Shown here piece by piece: positions 41,801 through 56,389 of a DNA stretch of 64,000 nucleotides. The notes beneath the pieces were generated by a model that searched no databases, was not told where the DNA came from, and worked only from the letters and a program-made list of their open reading frames with translations. A program made the translations under genes and the position numbers. The DNA is from the human T2T-CHM13v2.0 reference genome, Homo sapiens: the NCBI RefSeq assembly GCF_009914755.1, contig NC_060926.1; one strand, given 5' to 3'. Each line of letters opens with the position of its first letter. Within the stretch, counting starts at the first letter, position 1.

Positions 41801-43510
41801 GATGTAAATGGCCTAAATGCCCCACTTAAAAGACACAGAGTGGCAAATTGGTAATTAAAAACAAGACTCATCCTTCTGCTCTATGCAAGAGACCCATCTC
41901 ACAAGTCACGACACCCATAGTCTCAAAGTAAAGGCATGGAGAAAGATCTATCATGTAAATGGAAAACAAAAAGAGCAGAAGTCACTATTCTTGTATCAGA
42001 TAAAATAGGTTTTAAAGCAACAACAGTCAAAAAGGAAAAAGAAGGGCCCAAATAGCCAAAGAAATTTTACGCAGAAAAAATAAAGCCAGAGGCATCACAT
42101 TATCCAACTTCAAACATACTACAAGGCTACAGTAACCCAAACAGCATGGTACTGATACAAAAACAAACACATAGACGAATGGAACAGAATAGAGACTCCT
42201 GAAATAGAGCCACATACCTATAACCAACTCATCTTTGACAGTCAACAAAAAAAAAAAAAAAAAAATGGGGAAAGGACACACTATTTAATAAATGGTCCTG
42301 GGAAAACTGGCTAGCCTATCAACATATATAAAAATTAATGCAAGTAGATTAAAGACTTAAATGTAAGACCTCAAACTACAAAAATCCAGAAGAAAATCCA
42401 GAAAATACTCTTCTAGACATTGGCCTAGGCAAATAATTTATGATGAAGACCCCAAAATCAAAAATAGACAAATGAGACTTAACTGAAGAGCTTTTGCACA
42501 GAAAAAGAAAAAAAAAAGAAACAAACAAAAAAACACCTCTCAACAGAATAAACAGACAACCTACAGAATGGGATAAAATATTTGCAAATCATGTACTCGA
42601 CAAAGGACTAATCTCCAGAATCTATAAGGAACTTAAATGAATCAACAAGAAAGAAACAACCCCATTAAAAAGTGGGCAAAGGACATGAACAGACACTTCT
42701 CAAAAGAAGACATACAAGCAGCCAACAAACATATGAGAAAATGTTCAACATTACTAATCACCAGAGAGATGCAAATCAAAACCACAATGAGATACCACCT
42801 CTTACCAGTCAGAATGGCTATTATTAAAAAGTCAAAAAATAATAACTGTTGGAGAGGTTGTAGAGAAAATTATATGTTTATATACTGTTGGTGGCAATGC
42901 AAATTAGGCAGAAAGCAGTTTGGAAATTTCCAATGAACTGAAAATAGAATTGTCACTCAACCCAGCTATCTCATTACTGGATGTATTCGCAAAGGAAAGT
43001 AAATTGTTATACCAAAAAGACACTTGCACCCATATGTTCATCACAGCACTATTCACAATAGCAAAGATGTGGAATCAACTCAGATACCCATCAATGGTGG
43101 ACTGGATAAAGAAAATGTGGTACATAATGCCATGGAATACACCATTGCCGTAGAAAAAGAACAAAGTCATGTCCTTTGCAGCAACATAGTTGCAGCTGGA
43201 GGTCATTACCCTAAGTGAACTAACACAGGAACAGAAACCAAATACCACATGTTCTCACTTATAAGTGGGAGTTAAATCTTGGGTTCACATGAACTTAAGA
43301 TGGAAACAGTAGACACTGGGGACTCAAAAATGAAGGAAGGAGGGAGAGGGGGAAGGGGGCAAAGGCTTAAAACCTTCCTATTGGATATTATGCTCATTAT
43401 CTGGGTAACAGGAACAATAGAAGCCCAAACCTTATTACCACACAACATACCCTTGTTACAAACCTACGTATGTACCCCTGAATCTAAAATTAAAATCTAA
43501 ATTTAAAAAA
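38880..43510 (+). mobile_element. Old primate L1 (L1PB/L1PA16-17-like): 5' UTR, decayed ORF1, internally deleted ORF2, 3' UTR
   Basis: ORF1 remnants about 40750-41700; endonuclease start 'TLDVNGLNAPLKRHRVANW' near 41790; jump near 42045 to post-RT ORF2; 3' UTR 'aatagaagcccaaacc...gtacccctgaatctaaaat'. Confidence 0.88.
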
Positions 43511-45029
43511 TAGTAAAACTAGCAGTAAAAATGGCAGGTGGAAAAATCTTCAGACATGCAAGAATTCAAACGATATAGTACCCACAAGTCCCAGTTTTTA
43601 AACTTTTATTGAAATTGTTTTAAAAGTTAATACTCAGAGTTTGTAAGATCATTTTCTCATTAGGATAGCTTAAAGAAATAAGTTATTTACCTTTAGAATT
43701 CCTAAAGTGTCCAGAGAATTTCCATCAAGTACAGTTGGGCTTAGTGAAATTAGAAAATAGCTTGATACCCACTGGAAAACATTGTGGGGAACTGAAGGAA
43801 TCGTCTAAATATGTCACAGCAAAAAGATAGCAATGGAGAAACCACCTGGGGTCATTTGACCTGAGGAGGTGAGATTGTCTGCCTGTGTGAGGTGTTTTGA
43901 ATACTTAATGTATTCTATATTAGCCTTGCCTGGGCAGGCATGGCCATGACCGCAGAGCAGGAATCATGCCTTCATTGCAGAAAATCCCTGGAGCGATTCA
44001 AGATGGGTTATGACTCCAGATTAAGATCCAATTAACTGAAACATTCCTGAGACAGCAGGAATAACCCTTGTACAGTATTTTCAATTTGAAATGCACTTTA
44101 TAACTTAATGGGTCTGACAGATAGAAATCTAAATATTTCAGTTCCCCAGGACTGCCCCTCCATTAGGCAAGCATGAACACACTAACCCTCACACACACAT
44201 AAGTCAAGAACTCACAGCACAAGTATTAAGATATAAACCTCTGCAGCCTCCTTTTAGATGCTTTTAGCAGAAAAACAACTTAGAGATGATAAATTTGCCA
44301 TGAGGATGAGCTGGTTGTGACAGGGGCCCCTTCCCCATCCCAGAATTCATCATGACCAGTTCAGTGAGAGTCTCTGAGGCTGGCAAGGCCCAACAAAGAG
44401 TGGTTCCGGGTTAGGCGGGTAGCGTAGGGGCAGGGGGGAAGCTCCCTGAAGGATGTTATGATGCTATTTGATAATTCTCAAAGAAAACTTTGGCTGAGGG
44501 TTCATGCAAACCATAGCCAAAAGGAAGACAAGCTAGAACCTCAAAGGAAGCCGGACGGTGTGTCCAGCCCAGGAGCGAGGCGGCAAAGGAGCCGTTCAGG
44601 GAGCTCAGGAGTTCTGCAAAGGTGGGAGGTACCGAGATGGAGGCTGAGTGGTTCGGAAAGAGGGCCCTGGAGTATCCTGCCCACAGACAGTGCAATTTTT
44701 CTGCAAATCTTCCTTCCTCCTCTCCGCTTTCCCTCATCTCCCTCAACCAGCTTCCCTCCCAAGGCCAAACATTGAGGGACAACTCCCCTCCCCTGGAGAG
44801 GTTTAACCAGCTGTTCCCTCAGTATGCAAGCCTTCTGGGGAACTAGCTCTGCCCACTTTGCCAATAGAGTGGAGAGGAAGAGATTGTTTTCCAAGCCAGA
44901 CATGGAATACATCCCATCAGCGTGTGTTGAAGATGATAAAGCTCTCCTCCTTCGGTCTCCTTTCCTGCGAGCCATCTTTACCTGCCACTGCATGCTCTGA
45001 AACAGAGATTCTCACACTCTATCCTCTAC

Positions 45030-45125
45030 CGGACTCACCTGGAGAGCTGTGAAATGCAGAGGGCTGCGACATTCCCAGGTGGTGATGAAGTTGCCGGTGT
45101 GGGAACCACATTTTGAAAACTACCA
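45030..45125. mobile_element. MER5-like hAT fragment
   Basis: 'tcacctggagagctgtgaaatgcaga...cccaggtggtgatg..ggaaccacattttgaaaac'. Confidence 0.5.
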
Positions 45126-45179
45126 CCTAAATGTTCTTCCCCAAGCATTCCGCACATTCTCTAAGCCTCCAGGCATGTT

Positions 45180-45674
<495 letters not shown>

Positions 45675-45726
45675 TCACTGCCTCCGTCCAACAGGAAGCT
45701 CTGTTTCATTGCACAGGATTCTATTT

Positions 45727-46040
45727 CAGGAGTCCCCCTTATCCAAGGTTTTGCTTTCCAATGTTTTAGTTACCCATAGTCAACCACAATCTGGAAATAG
45801 ATGAGCACAGCACAATAAGGTATTTTGAAATCAAGAAAGACCACAGTCACATAACTTTTTGCAGCATATTGTCTTATTTTATTATTAGTTATTGTTTTCA
45901 TTTATTATACCTAATTTACTTTAATTAAGGTTTATCATAGGTATGTGTGCATAGAAAAAAACAGTGAATATAGGGTTCGGCACAATCAGTGGTTTCAGGC
46001 ATCTTGGAACGTATCCCCCGTGGATAAGGGCCGACCGCTG
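45727..46040. mobile_element. MER44-type (Tigger7-derived) MITE
   Basis: TIRs caggagtcccccttatcca / tggataagggccgaccgctg followed by TA. Confidence 0.8.
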
Positions 46041-47141
46041 TAATTGATGTATTCATCATGTCTGGTGGGAACCCTGCTAATTTTCTCACAAGAAAATGGA
46101 TCAGCTGCAGTTGTGTCTGCCAATACCCCAGTTGGACGTTTCCAGTTAGATGCCAGCTGTACATTTCTCTTCACAGGTGAGTACATTCCTTGGCGCTTTA
46201 AGTGATCACGTGCCTTCCGAATGCCAGGTGCGGCGCCCGCTCTGCGCTGCTCGCTGCAACTGCTCCCACCCTTTCCCAGGGCGGGTGCTCCACTGCGCCA
46301 TTCCCCTCAATCCAGGGATTTAACTTCAGCGAGGCTGGGAGCGCTCCGAGGCTGGCCTGTCCAGTCCAGGCAAATCTTGGGCAATTATTTTACTCTGTGT
46401 CATAGATTTGTATCTTTAAATAAACTGTAAGTTCTTTATAGACAGCACTTGTATCCCCTGTGCTGGCTAGAAACGTGTGGCCTGCTCAGTTCCTCACCTA
46501 CAAAACGGGGATAAAGGCACCCCCTTCACAGGCCTCTGCAAACACAGGTGAGGCAATGGCTGTGAATAAGGGCCTGGCACACACTTGGTGCTCAGTACAA
46601 GTGCATCCTTTCAGCACCCACCATGTGGAATGTCTGTTGGCCTCTCCCCAGATGCCTGGGACAAAGGCGGGCTCTGCCATCTCTGACCTCGGCACTCAGC
46701 ACAGTGCCTGGCACATTTGTGGCTCAGGAAGTGCATGCAGAGTTGTGGGGGGGGCTCTCAGTTATGCCCCTGGAGGACAGGGCACCCTCCCTGCTGCAAG
46801 AAGAGCTGGTCCTGATGAAGGGAGATCAATCATTCTCTCAATCGTCACGTCTGCATTGAGTATTGATTGCTACGGTGTAGCTGCTGCTCTCTTAGGCGAT
46901 TGTAAATTGATCGTTTGATGATTTGTTCTGCCATCTTCTCTCTTTTCCTGTTAAGCTGAGAGATATCTAATGCTGGCCCCATCCTTGCCGAGGATGGATG
47001 TTCTATGGCTGATACTCCTTGGAGGCCTGCAGGGGACTTGAGGAGAACTGAAGGGGGCCAGGGAAGTCCATGCAAACGTTCAATTTTGCTCTAAGCTAAG
47101 AGAAGTTCTTTCTTCAAGTATTTGATCTGATCCTCTAAAAA

Positions 47142-47308
47142 CAGTGGTTCTCAAAGTGTGGTCCCCAGGACTGGGAATCTATTGGAAGTTCAAATTCTCA
47201 GGACCCAGCCCAGATCTGCTGAATCTGAAACCTGGGGTGACGTCCACCAATTTGTGTTTCAGTGCCTTCTAGGTGATTCTGATGCATGCCCCAGTTTGAG
47301 AGTCACTT
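47142..47308. mobile_element. MER5A (hAT-Charlie MITE)
   Basis: cagtggttctcaaagtgtggtcccc...ggtgattctgatgca..agtttgagagtcact. Confidence 0.85.
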
Positions 47309-48136
47309 CTCTGGAGACACCAGGAAGAACTTAAGATGGAGACTGTAACCCTTTGTTGAAGATAAAGAAACTCAAAACCAATGCATATGATTTGTTCTGT
47401 CTAATGCGGGGAGGCAGAGAGAGAGGAGAGAGACAATTAAAATACACCAGTGCTTCCGCAGATGCTCTCATGAGTGTGCCAGGCTGAAACTCCCAAGGGT
47501 CCACTTGGTCTCAGGCACTCTAATTCCAGGTGCCTCAGGGGATCCCAAGTGAAGATGTCCAGATAGCAACTGGATATAGGATCTGAAGCTCCCATAAGAG
47601 ATGGGGCTAAAGATGAGCAGATGACGATCTCCATCCCTGGGGGTCTCTGGAGCTGTGAGACCACATATGGAGGGAATGCATGCAGGGAGGGAATGCCGGC
47701 AGACGGGCACGGGGGAGGCATGAAGGAGAACTCGAGAAGTTCGGCTCTGAGGACATGACTCTCTTGTTTGCTTGGCTGGTTTTTGTCTGTGTAAGACCAG
47801 AGAGATGTAAGGGTAGGAAGGAAGAGGTGGGAGAGTTTGGAGATGCGGGAGTAAGGGGTTCACGGACAGGCGAGTTCCCTGAGCAGAAAGAAGGGGAGGA
47901 ACCCAGAGCCCAGAAGGGCCGACAGCCTCAGAAAGAGAATGAGCACAGCCCTCCACTGTAACAAAAGGAGGGAAGAAGAAATGGCTGCAGATGCCAGGTG
48001 GCAGCCAGGCTTGCGGATGGAAACTGGAGAAACCCCAGAATGGCTTCCATGTTCCCAGAGAAGTGGGGTCACCCGCCGAGGGTGAGGGAGGAGCTTGGGG
48101 TGGGAGAACAGTGCAGACATCTTGAACTGTTGTTGC

Positions 48137-48866
48137 TGTCATTGCCCAACCGGGTTCTTCTCGCCCACTGCCCAAAAAAGACAATGCACTGAGACTAGCA
48201 GGAATTGCACCAAAGAATTTAATAATTGCAGGGTCAGCCGAATGAGGAGGTGGGGAGAGAATTCTCAAATCTGTCTCCCTGAGAATTCAGAGGCTAGGGT
48301 TTTTCCGATGCTTTGGTAGGCAGGGGCCTAGGGAATAGGGAATCCTGATTGGTTGGGCTGGGGATGAAACCACAGGAGTGTCAGCACTGTCTCTGTGCAG
48401 CCAAGTCGGTTCCTGGGAAAGGGATCACAGTCCAGGTGGTGTCTTTTGGTCTGCCAAAATGCTAAATCTGCAAAACATCTCAAAGACCCATTCCTTACAT
48501 TTCACAATAGTGATGTTATCTATAGGAGTAGATGGGGAAGTTAACCAACCTTGCAATCTCCAATTACCTGATTCAGGGGCAGCAAACCAATGGCAGGTCA
48601 TGGTTTCCCTCTGAGTCTTCTCCAGCAAAGCTCAGGCCCTACCATATCCTAACCTTGTCTTATAGATGCAGTTCAATCTCCAAACAAGGAGGGGTCAGTT
48701 TTCCTTGCCTCAAAGTTTAACTACAAACCAAATTCCTTTCATAGCTCTCTTGGCCTCCAAACTTGAATAAGCAAAAAAATCAACTTAGCCTGTGAGGCTA
48801 GAAGCAAGATGGAGTCTGTCATGTTAGATTTTTCTCATTACATGTAACTCTGCAAAGGTGGTTTCA
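48137..48866 (-). mobile_element. LTR8/LTR26-type ERV1 solo LTR
   Basis: Reverse complement starts TGAAACCACCTTTGCAGAG...GACTCCATCTTGCTTCTAGCCTCACAGGCT; TG...CA ends; perfect 4-bp TSD TTGC at 48133-48136 and 48867-48870. Confidence 0.82.
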
Positions 48867-50660
48867 TTGCCGAGAGGGGAAGAGCACGTGAGCCAGCAAA
48901 TCCAGCAACAGTGCTGGGGGCAGGGAGGGTGGCCTGACCAGCCACTGCGGGAGTCTTTCCACTCTTGCAGGCAGCCCTCTGCTTTCTCTCCCGAATGTGC
49001 CCAGAATAAGTGTCCCAGACATCTGTCTCCAACCTGTGGGGAGAAATTTCACAAAAAATGGCTCTGCCCTTAGTGGGTCCAGGCACCAGGCAAGCTTGGT
49101 TCAAATCTTGGCTCTGACTAGAATTTAAATGGTGGCCTGGGGGTGGCTGAGGGGCCACCCAGCACCTCATCTGCCATCTGCAAAGAGGGAGAGGGACGAT
49201 TACACACCGATGCCATTAGACTCAGCCTTGATGTGCCCAGCACCTGTGCCACGCCGGCCAACAGCTGTGGGTCCACAGTAGATGGTGGCTGCAGCTGAAG
49301 CCACCTCGTGGGCTCTGCATCAGACACCTACAGATGTGTTCCTTGAACCACATGCTGGGAGAGGCCCCGGCTCAACCTCCTTTTTTTTGCCCAAATCCAA
49401 AGTCTCTTGACCGTGAGCCACAACAACGCTTGTCAGTATAGGCTGAAGTGGCCATTCCCTTTAAAAAGACATCTCTGGGTGTTCTAGGATTCCAGGGTCA
49501 GCTAAGCTGCTAAGCTGGTCTTCCTTAAAGAGGCTTCAACATACCGAGCCTGCCCAGGTCCCCAGAGATGGGAGTGTGGCAACAGTGGATATGGACAAAC
49601 AGCTTGCTCCAGCTGGGGAGTGGAAAAGCACCCAGGCTCCACAGACCCCACTTTCCTCCCCACTCTTGCCCCAGGGTTTGCAGGAGGAAAGAAAGGAGCC
49701 ACATCTCACACTCAGAGAACCAGGGAATAAAGATGCCATTCGATTGCTGAGGTCCCAAAGGAAGTGGCCTGCAAAACGTGACGCTGCCTCAGGCAGAGCA
49801 GCTTCTGGCCCAGAGACCTGCATTACAGAGCTTGGAACCGGTTTCCAGGCTGAACGCTGATCAAGCTGCACTTCTGAAACTAGGCACATTAACACTCTCA
49901 TTAGGGCCCAGGCTCGCTACAATACAGGCCTATTTAAATGTAAATTTTGACATTCAGCCCAGGACTAGAAAAGAAATAGTTTCCACACCTCAGCAATGGA
50001 AAGGAGAATGAGGATTATGAAGGAGGACTTTTTAATCATGTTTACTTTCAGGCCATCGTGGTTCTAGGTCTTTTTTCCTTCATGGAGAATACTGGATTTT
50101 TAATTACCCGAAGCTCAGAGACAGCATCCCAGCCTCTCAGATTCCCCCTCGTGGCCACAGATAGTCTGATTAAGTGTAATTTTGTTAAAAGTGTAGCTCC
50201 AAGCACAGTTAATTGACAGGGGTCCTGGAGAAGCTGAAGCTAATCCAGGAATGAAAACATGTAACTCTGCTGAAAACGAAAGGAGCCCTGCTCGTCTCAT
50301 AAATCACACCGGAGGGAGAGTGCCGCTCTTGGTGGCTCCCTCCCCTGGGCTCCAATCCCAAGCCTTCCAAGTAGCCCAGCGACTTTCCAGCAACATTAGC
50401 CTATCTGAGCCTCAGTTTGCTCATCTGCAAGGTCGGGCGAGGACCCCCAGCAGAGTGCTGTGAGTGTTCAGTGTGCGTCCAGGAGGGTGGGCACCCATGC
50501 CCCACACCCTCACAGCCCCTGCCTCACCCAGCACCCACAGCAGCCCAGCTGCCTGCAGGAGCCAGGACCGAGCGCTCACTTTTCTTATTATTGGTGGTTC
50601 TGCAACCCGAGGATGGCAACCAACTTCTGCAATCCCAGCATGCTTGTCTGTAGACAGCAG

Positions 50661-50784
50661 AGCCCCACCTTCCTGGAGGCTGGGTGAGGAAACAAATGGT
50701 ATCACGCGGGTGGAGGAAGCACAGCCCCACCGTCCTGGAGGCTGGGTGAGGAAGCGAATATGGTATCACCCGGGTGGAGGAAGC
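50661..50784. repeat. Two-copy tandem duplication, about 62-bp unit
   Basis: agccccacc.tcctggaggctgggtgaggaa...atggtatcac.cgggtggaggaagc at 50661 and 50723. Confidence 0.92.
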
Positions 50785-51076
50785 CTCTCCCTGGGTTCCC
50801 TGCAAGGATGGCTCATCCCCTGTAAGGACACCAGGTGCCTAGGGGCATCCTGTGGAGTGGGAAGCAGCAGAACCAGGCTTCCCCCAATTCCACACATCCC
50901 CCACACACCCCATCAGCAGCGCACAGTCACCATGGGCGAATTGAAGACAGGGCCCCCCGGGGGTCCATGGCATCTGTGGGCAAGTCCATCCTGGGATCTC
51001 AGCTGAGACCCAACCCAGCACCTGTTAACCCCTGGGTGCCCTCTATGCCCTCAGCACTCCATGTCCCATGGGTGTG

Positions 51077-51770
51077 CACACACACACACACACACACACA
51101 CACAACACACACCACATATACACCACACACATGCATACACCACACACACACCACACCCATACCACACACAAGCACATGCCACACATATACACACATACAC
51201 ACACACCACACATATACCATACACATGCATGCACCACACACATACCACTCACATGAGCACACCACACATGCACCACACACACATGTACTGCACACGTACA
51301 CACACCACACATATACCATATACATGAACACACCACACACATAAACATCACACAGTGCACACATACAAGCATACACCACACACACCACACATATACCACA
51401 CACATGAACATACCACACATACCACACATATACCATTCACAAGAACACACCACACACAGCACACATAGAGTATTCACGTGAACACACCACACAAAGCACA
51501 CATACACTACTCACATGAACACATCACAGGCACACCACACACACACACACACATATACCACATAGCACATATATACCACACATGCACACCACACACATAC
51601 ACACCACACACACACACCATACACATACCACACACATGCACACATCTCATACCACACGCATACCACACGTCACACACACATATACACACCACACACACCA
51701 CACATAGGCATACACACACACACACTACACACATACACCCACACATACACACACCACCCACCACACCCAA
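51077..51770. repeat. About 700-bp CA-rich (CACCA/CATA/CA)n repeat
   Basis: Source of the His/Thr and Val/Cys pseudo-ORFs. Confidence 0.95.
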
Positions 51771-51999
51771 CCATGGTAACGCAAACTCTCGCTCGGCCCC
51801 CAGGGCTCCTACTGGGCTTTCAAGGAGGTCCCCATGTGTGAAGCTCCGGTCCCCTCTCCAGCCCTCAGAGCACTAGCGTCTCAGGTACTTCACTCATATG
51901 TGACCTCCTTGCCAGGGTCCATGCTATCCCTCAGTCTCTCACGGACACTGGTCACCATACGCCAGCCGGGGCCAAGCACTGGCGTTAAACAGCAGTGGT

Positions 52000-52329
<330 letters not shown>

Positions 52330-52720
52330 TCATCATCACTGATGCCAGCAAAGGCAGCCTGTTGTCCTGAGGCAGCTCCTGAAGGGTCACCACCTGCCTC
52401 CGCCAGGCTGCCCCCGCCCGCCATCAGCCCCTCCACTGGGTGACCAGGTGAGCAAGACCAGGCCTGGCTCCGCAGGACCTCACCATCCAGGAGAAGCTCT
52501 GGAGCACATCCCAGCACAGCAGGGCTCAGGGCTGAGGCATGACCCTCTCCGTTCCTAACACCAGACAGGGCGTGCAAGACTCAGGGAATGATGGGGCCAC
52601 AGCAGGGCAGGGACTGAGACTCAGGGACCTGCGTTCCAGGAAGCAGAGCCTGAGCTTTAGCAGGACAGTTTTGATCTAGGGAGTTGTGACTAGTCAGCTG
52701 GAACCTTAGAAAAGACTCGC

Positions 52721-53040
<320 letters not shown>

Positions 53041-55186
53041 GACTCACTCATCATAGATGTGGAACTGCAGGAGCCCAGGGGCAAGGGGACCCACAGTGCA
53101 GCAGCTGCTGCAGGCACCTGGGTCCAGGAAGATGGTGCCCAAATGCAGGCAGTGGCCCACAACACGAAGGGAGTATCTGAGGACCTCTGAGGGATAGGGG
53201 CTGATCATCGGCAACGGGGACCGAGTGGCAGCAGATTCTATGTCACCTGGGTAGGAGATGTTCACTAGGCCTGGAGAACCTGGGAAGGAAGAAGCCGGGC
53301 TGATCAGGCTGCACAGCTGTGGCCAAGCAGCAGGGCCCTGTGGAGCACAGAACACCCCTCAGGACTGTCCCCACTTGTCCGAGATGGCCAGCCGTGCACC
53401 CTCTTGTCACAGCCCCGGTGGGACCAGGCGCTGATGGCTGGGTGCCATCTGTTCTGGGAGGGCACCTCCGGGCCCAGCACTGACACTCACCTGTAGGGGA
53501 GATGGGGCCATGCAGTGATATCTCTGGCTCCATCACTGGGCACCTGTGGAGCTAGGTGGAATCACAAGGCAGAAGGAGGGGCCCACCACAGCCAGTCGGA
53601 AATGCTGTTATACATTCCTGTTTCCTGACTGAGCACTTCTAGTGGGCAGGACTAAGCTCACAGCAATATGGGTCCCTGGAGCCTAGCACAGTGCTAGCAC
53701 ACAGTAGCTGCTTAATAAATGTTTGATGCAAAACTGCACCTGCACCAGGAAAGCCGTGCAGGCACTATGGAGCAGGGTTGCAGGGCTGGTCTCAGACACC
53801 CCAGCACTGCCATCACCAGGCCCTGCTGCCCAGCTCCTGCCCACTGCTGGCAGCTTGCTGAGAGCAGGAGCTAGGCTTACTGCAGCCAAGTCCCAAGCAC
53901 AGTGTACAGTGCAGAGTAGGTGCTTAGCATGCTTTCTGGAACAGCTAAATGATGAAAGAGAAGTGCCATTGACAACACATAAGGTGCTTCTCCAGAGCAT
54001 GACCTGGGAAAGTTGTTGAACCCCTTGGGCTCTGTGGCTTTTAATGTGTAGAATGTTCTAGAACATGTCAGAGGTCAGATAAGAGGCACCTTGGGAAATC
54101 CACTAATTCCAGGTCCTCTTAGTCTGCTGCTACCTGAACAAGGTAAGGCCGTGTATATTCATTTAACAGACAGCATTTGCTGTGGGCCTTCCGTGGGCCT
54201 CACACACAGTGTGGTGGCAGAAGATAGCATGGCCAGGACAGGCTTGTCACACCAGGGTGACAATGCTCCCAATCCCAGTGGCTTTACTGCACAAAGTCTA
54301 ATCTCCCTCAGGGCTTCAGGTGGAGGAGGCACCACTGGCTGGAGCTGAATCAACCAGAACGCACAGTTCCCTGGAGGGTGGGCACTGGCTCCTGGAGGCT
54401 TTTGCTCAGAGGTGATACACAGCACTTATTCTCACAGCTCATTAGCCAGAACAAGTCACCTGTCCCAGCCTGACCCCCAAAAAGACTAGGAAGTGTGGGG
54501 AGCAGACAGAATATCTGATGAGCATCCCCTCCTCTGCCAGAGAGGGATTAAAAAAAAAAAATGCCAAGAGGCTCAGAGAAGTCAAGCCTGTGGCCCAGGG
54601 TCTCACAGCAAGGAGGTGTCAAAACCAGGCTGTCTGGCCCAAAGCCTCTCCATGTAACAAGTGCACTTTACCGGCCCTCTTACTGCCCTGACTGATGTGA
54701 ACAGTTTAGGCCGTAAGTTGCCGTCCTCCTGACGCCCACCTAACACCATCCCACAGGGAGCAGAGGCGTGGGGGAAAGAGAAGGGGAAATGTTACCTGGG
54801 ACCAGGAAGAGCTCAGCAGCATGACACACTAGTGCCTGCCTGTGTGAACCCAGCGAGCACCCCCATGGAAGGACAGCAGCAGCTGACAGTGCTCCTCTGA
54901 AGGTCACCAAGCCCCCAAGCCCTTGCAGGTTACGTGGCTCAGTGCTCAGCCCACTAGGGAGCAGCCAGGCTGGGTGGGCCCGCATTGGGCTGTGGCAGGA
55001 TGGACTGTGCCCAGCAGAGCCCTGACCACAGGTTTGCATGAACCACGTGGCCTGGGCAATGGGGAGAGTGTCCCATGAGATGAAGCATTTGTGGAATTTG
55101 TCTGCCACAGAACAGTAGAATCATGACTTAGATGAGCAACGCACACTCCATGCCACCCTCTGGATGCCAAATGGCGCCCTGAGAGC

Positions 55187-55420
55187 CTGGAACCTCAGGG
55201 CTTCTCCAACGCACCCTCCAGGCATGGAAAGTGCCCCTGTGTGCTTGACCTCAGCACCTCCGTGCCCACCACAGGGCCTGGCATGACCAGCACTGGGCAC
55301 CATCTGGGTGGAAGGAGATGGAGTGAGGGGTGGGTGGGCACATGGGGCTGCCCAGAGAGCACCCTCAGACCTCCTCTAAGTGTGTGCTTCCACAGGTGGA
55401 GTGGGTTCGGCCAAGGTGTC
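55187..55420 (+). repeat. Left (donor) arm of inverted duplication 2
   Basis: Reverse complement of 56704-56937; about 21 differences in 234 bp by hand alignment. Confidence 0.95.
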
Positions 55421-56039
55421 AGGGCTCCCTGGACGGGGCTCTGTAGAGATGACAGCCTTTTCCTTGACGACATGTTTTGCATTTCTGTCCCCTCCCCCTG
55501 GAGTCCCCAAACACCCTGCTTATTTCAGAAAGAAGGACATCTAGCAGGTGTTGCCAGGAAAATAAAATGGTCTAGAGCAAGAATTCTGAAGGAAGCAAGC
55601 TCTACTTTGCATATTTGTAGTAAAGGGAGCTGCTGCCTATGAAATTATATGGCCTCCTCCCTTTATAGTCCAATGCCACAGTGAGCTGTGAAATACTGGA
55701 AATTTCAAGATTTAATTAAAACCCAGTTCACTGCACTGAAGTTCGCTTACAAAATATAGCAAAGATTAATGGGAGATATCAAACCAAACTGTTTGTGCAA
55801 GACCTGTTGAGTCATAATTTATGGGAACAAGAGGAAAAAGCAAGATCATTACCTTAAAATAAATTTACTGCTTCTCCGACTAAGTAAAATGGAAATAATA
55901 AAAATCCCCGGGTCAGCGCAACTGCACCAGAATGAAATGGCAGGCCGGCCAGGCAGGTGACTGTCAATCCATAGACATTACCAGGGCCACAGGAGGCTTT
56001 GCTGTCATGCTGGGAGGGCACAGGGCAAGAGGGAACTCT

Positions 56040-56200
56040 GCCTCTATTCATTTAATCCTCGCAAGGACTACCATGGCAACAGTCCCTGCTTTTCAGATGA
56101 GCAAACTGAGGCCGAGAGGGATCAGGTGACTTGCCCAAGGCCATACCACCACTGGGTGGCAGAGCTGGGACCAAGACCAGGCCGTCTGGCTCAGCCAGTG
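56040..56200 (-). mobile_element. MIR
   Basis: 'ttttcagatgagcaaactgaggccgagagggatcaggtgacttgcccaagg..gtggcagagctggga'. Confidence 0.8.
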
Positions 56201-56389
56201 CTCCTGCACCACAACATGGAGCTAGCCGCCTTCACGTCCATCCTTGGAAGGACCTGACCATCTAGGTGAGGGGGGGACATTGGCTGGACGAGCACAGCAC
56301 CGGCCCGCAAAGGTTCTGGGGCTAGGGGATAGTTGAGCAGTGCCCCGATAAATGTCCCCGTCCTGATCCCTGCAACTCATGTCATCCTA

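Noticed and set aside
42637-43153. ORFs resembling L1 ORF2 C-terminus
   Set aside because: Decayed L1 fragments; the element lacks RT and has many stops.
47468-48268. 266-aa minus-strand ORF
   Set aside because: Starts inside an LTR, crosses L2-like sequence and has no recognisable domain.
50835-51876. His/Thr and Val/Cys ORFs
   Set aside because: Products of the CA-rich repeat.
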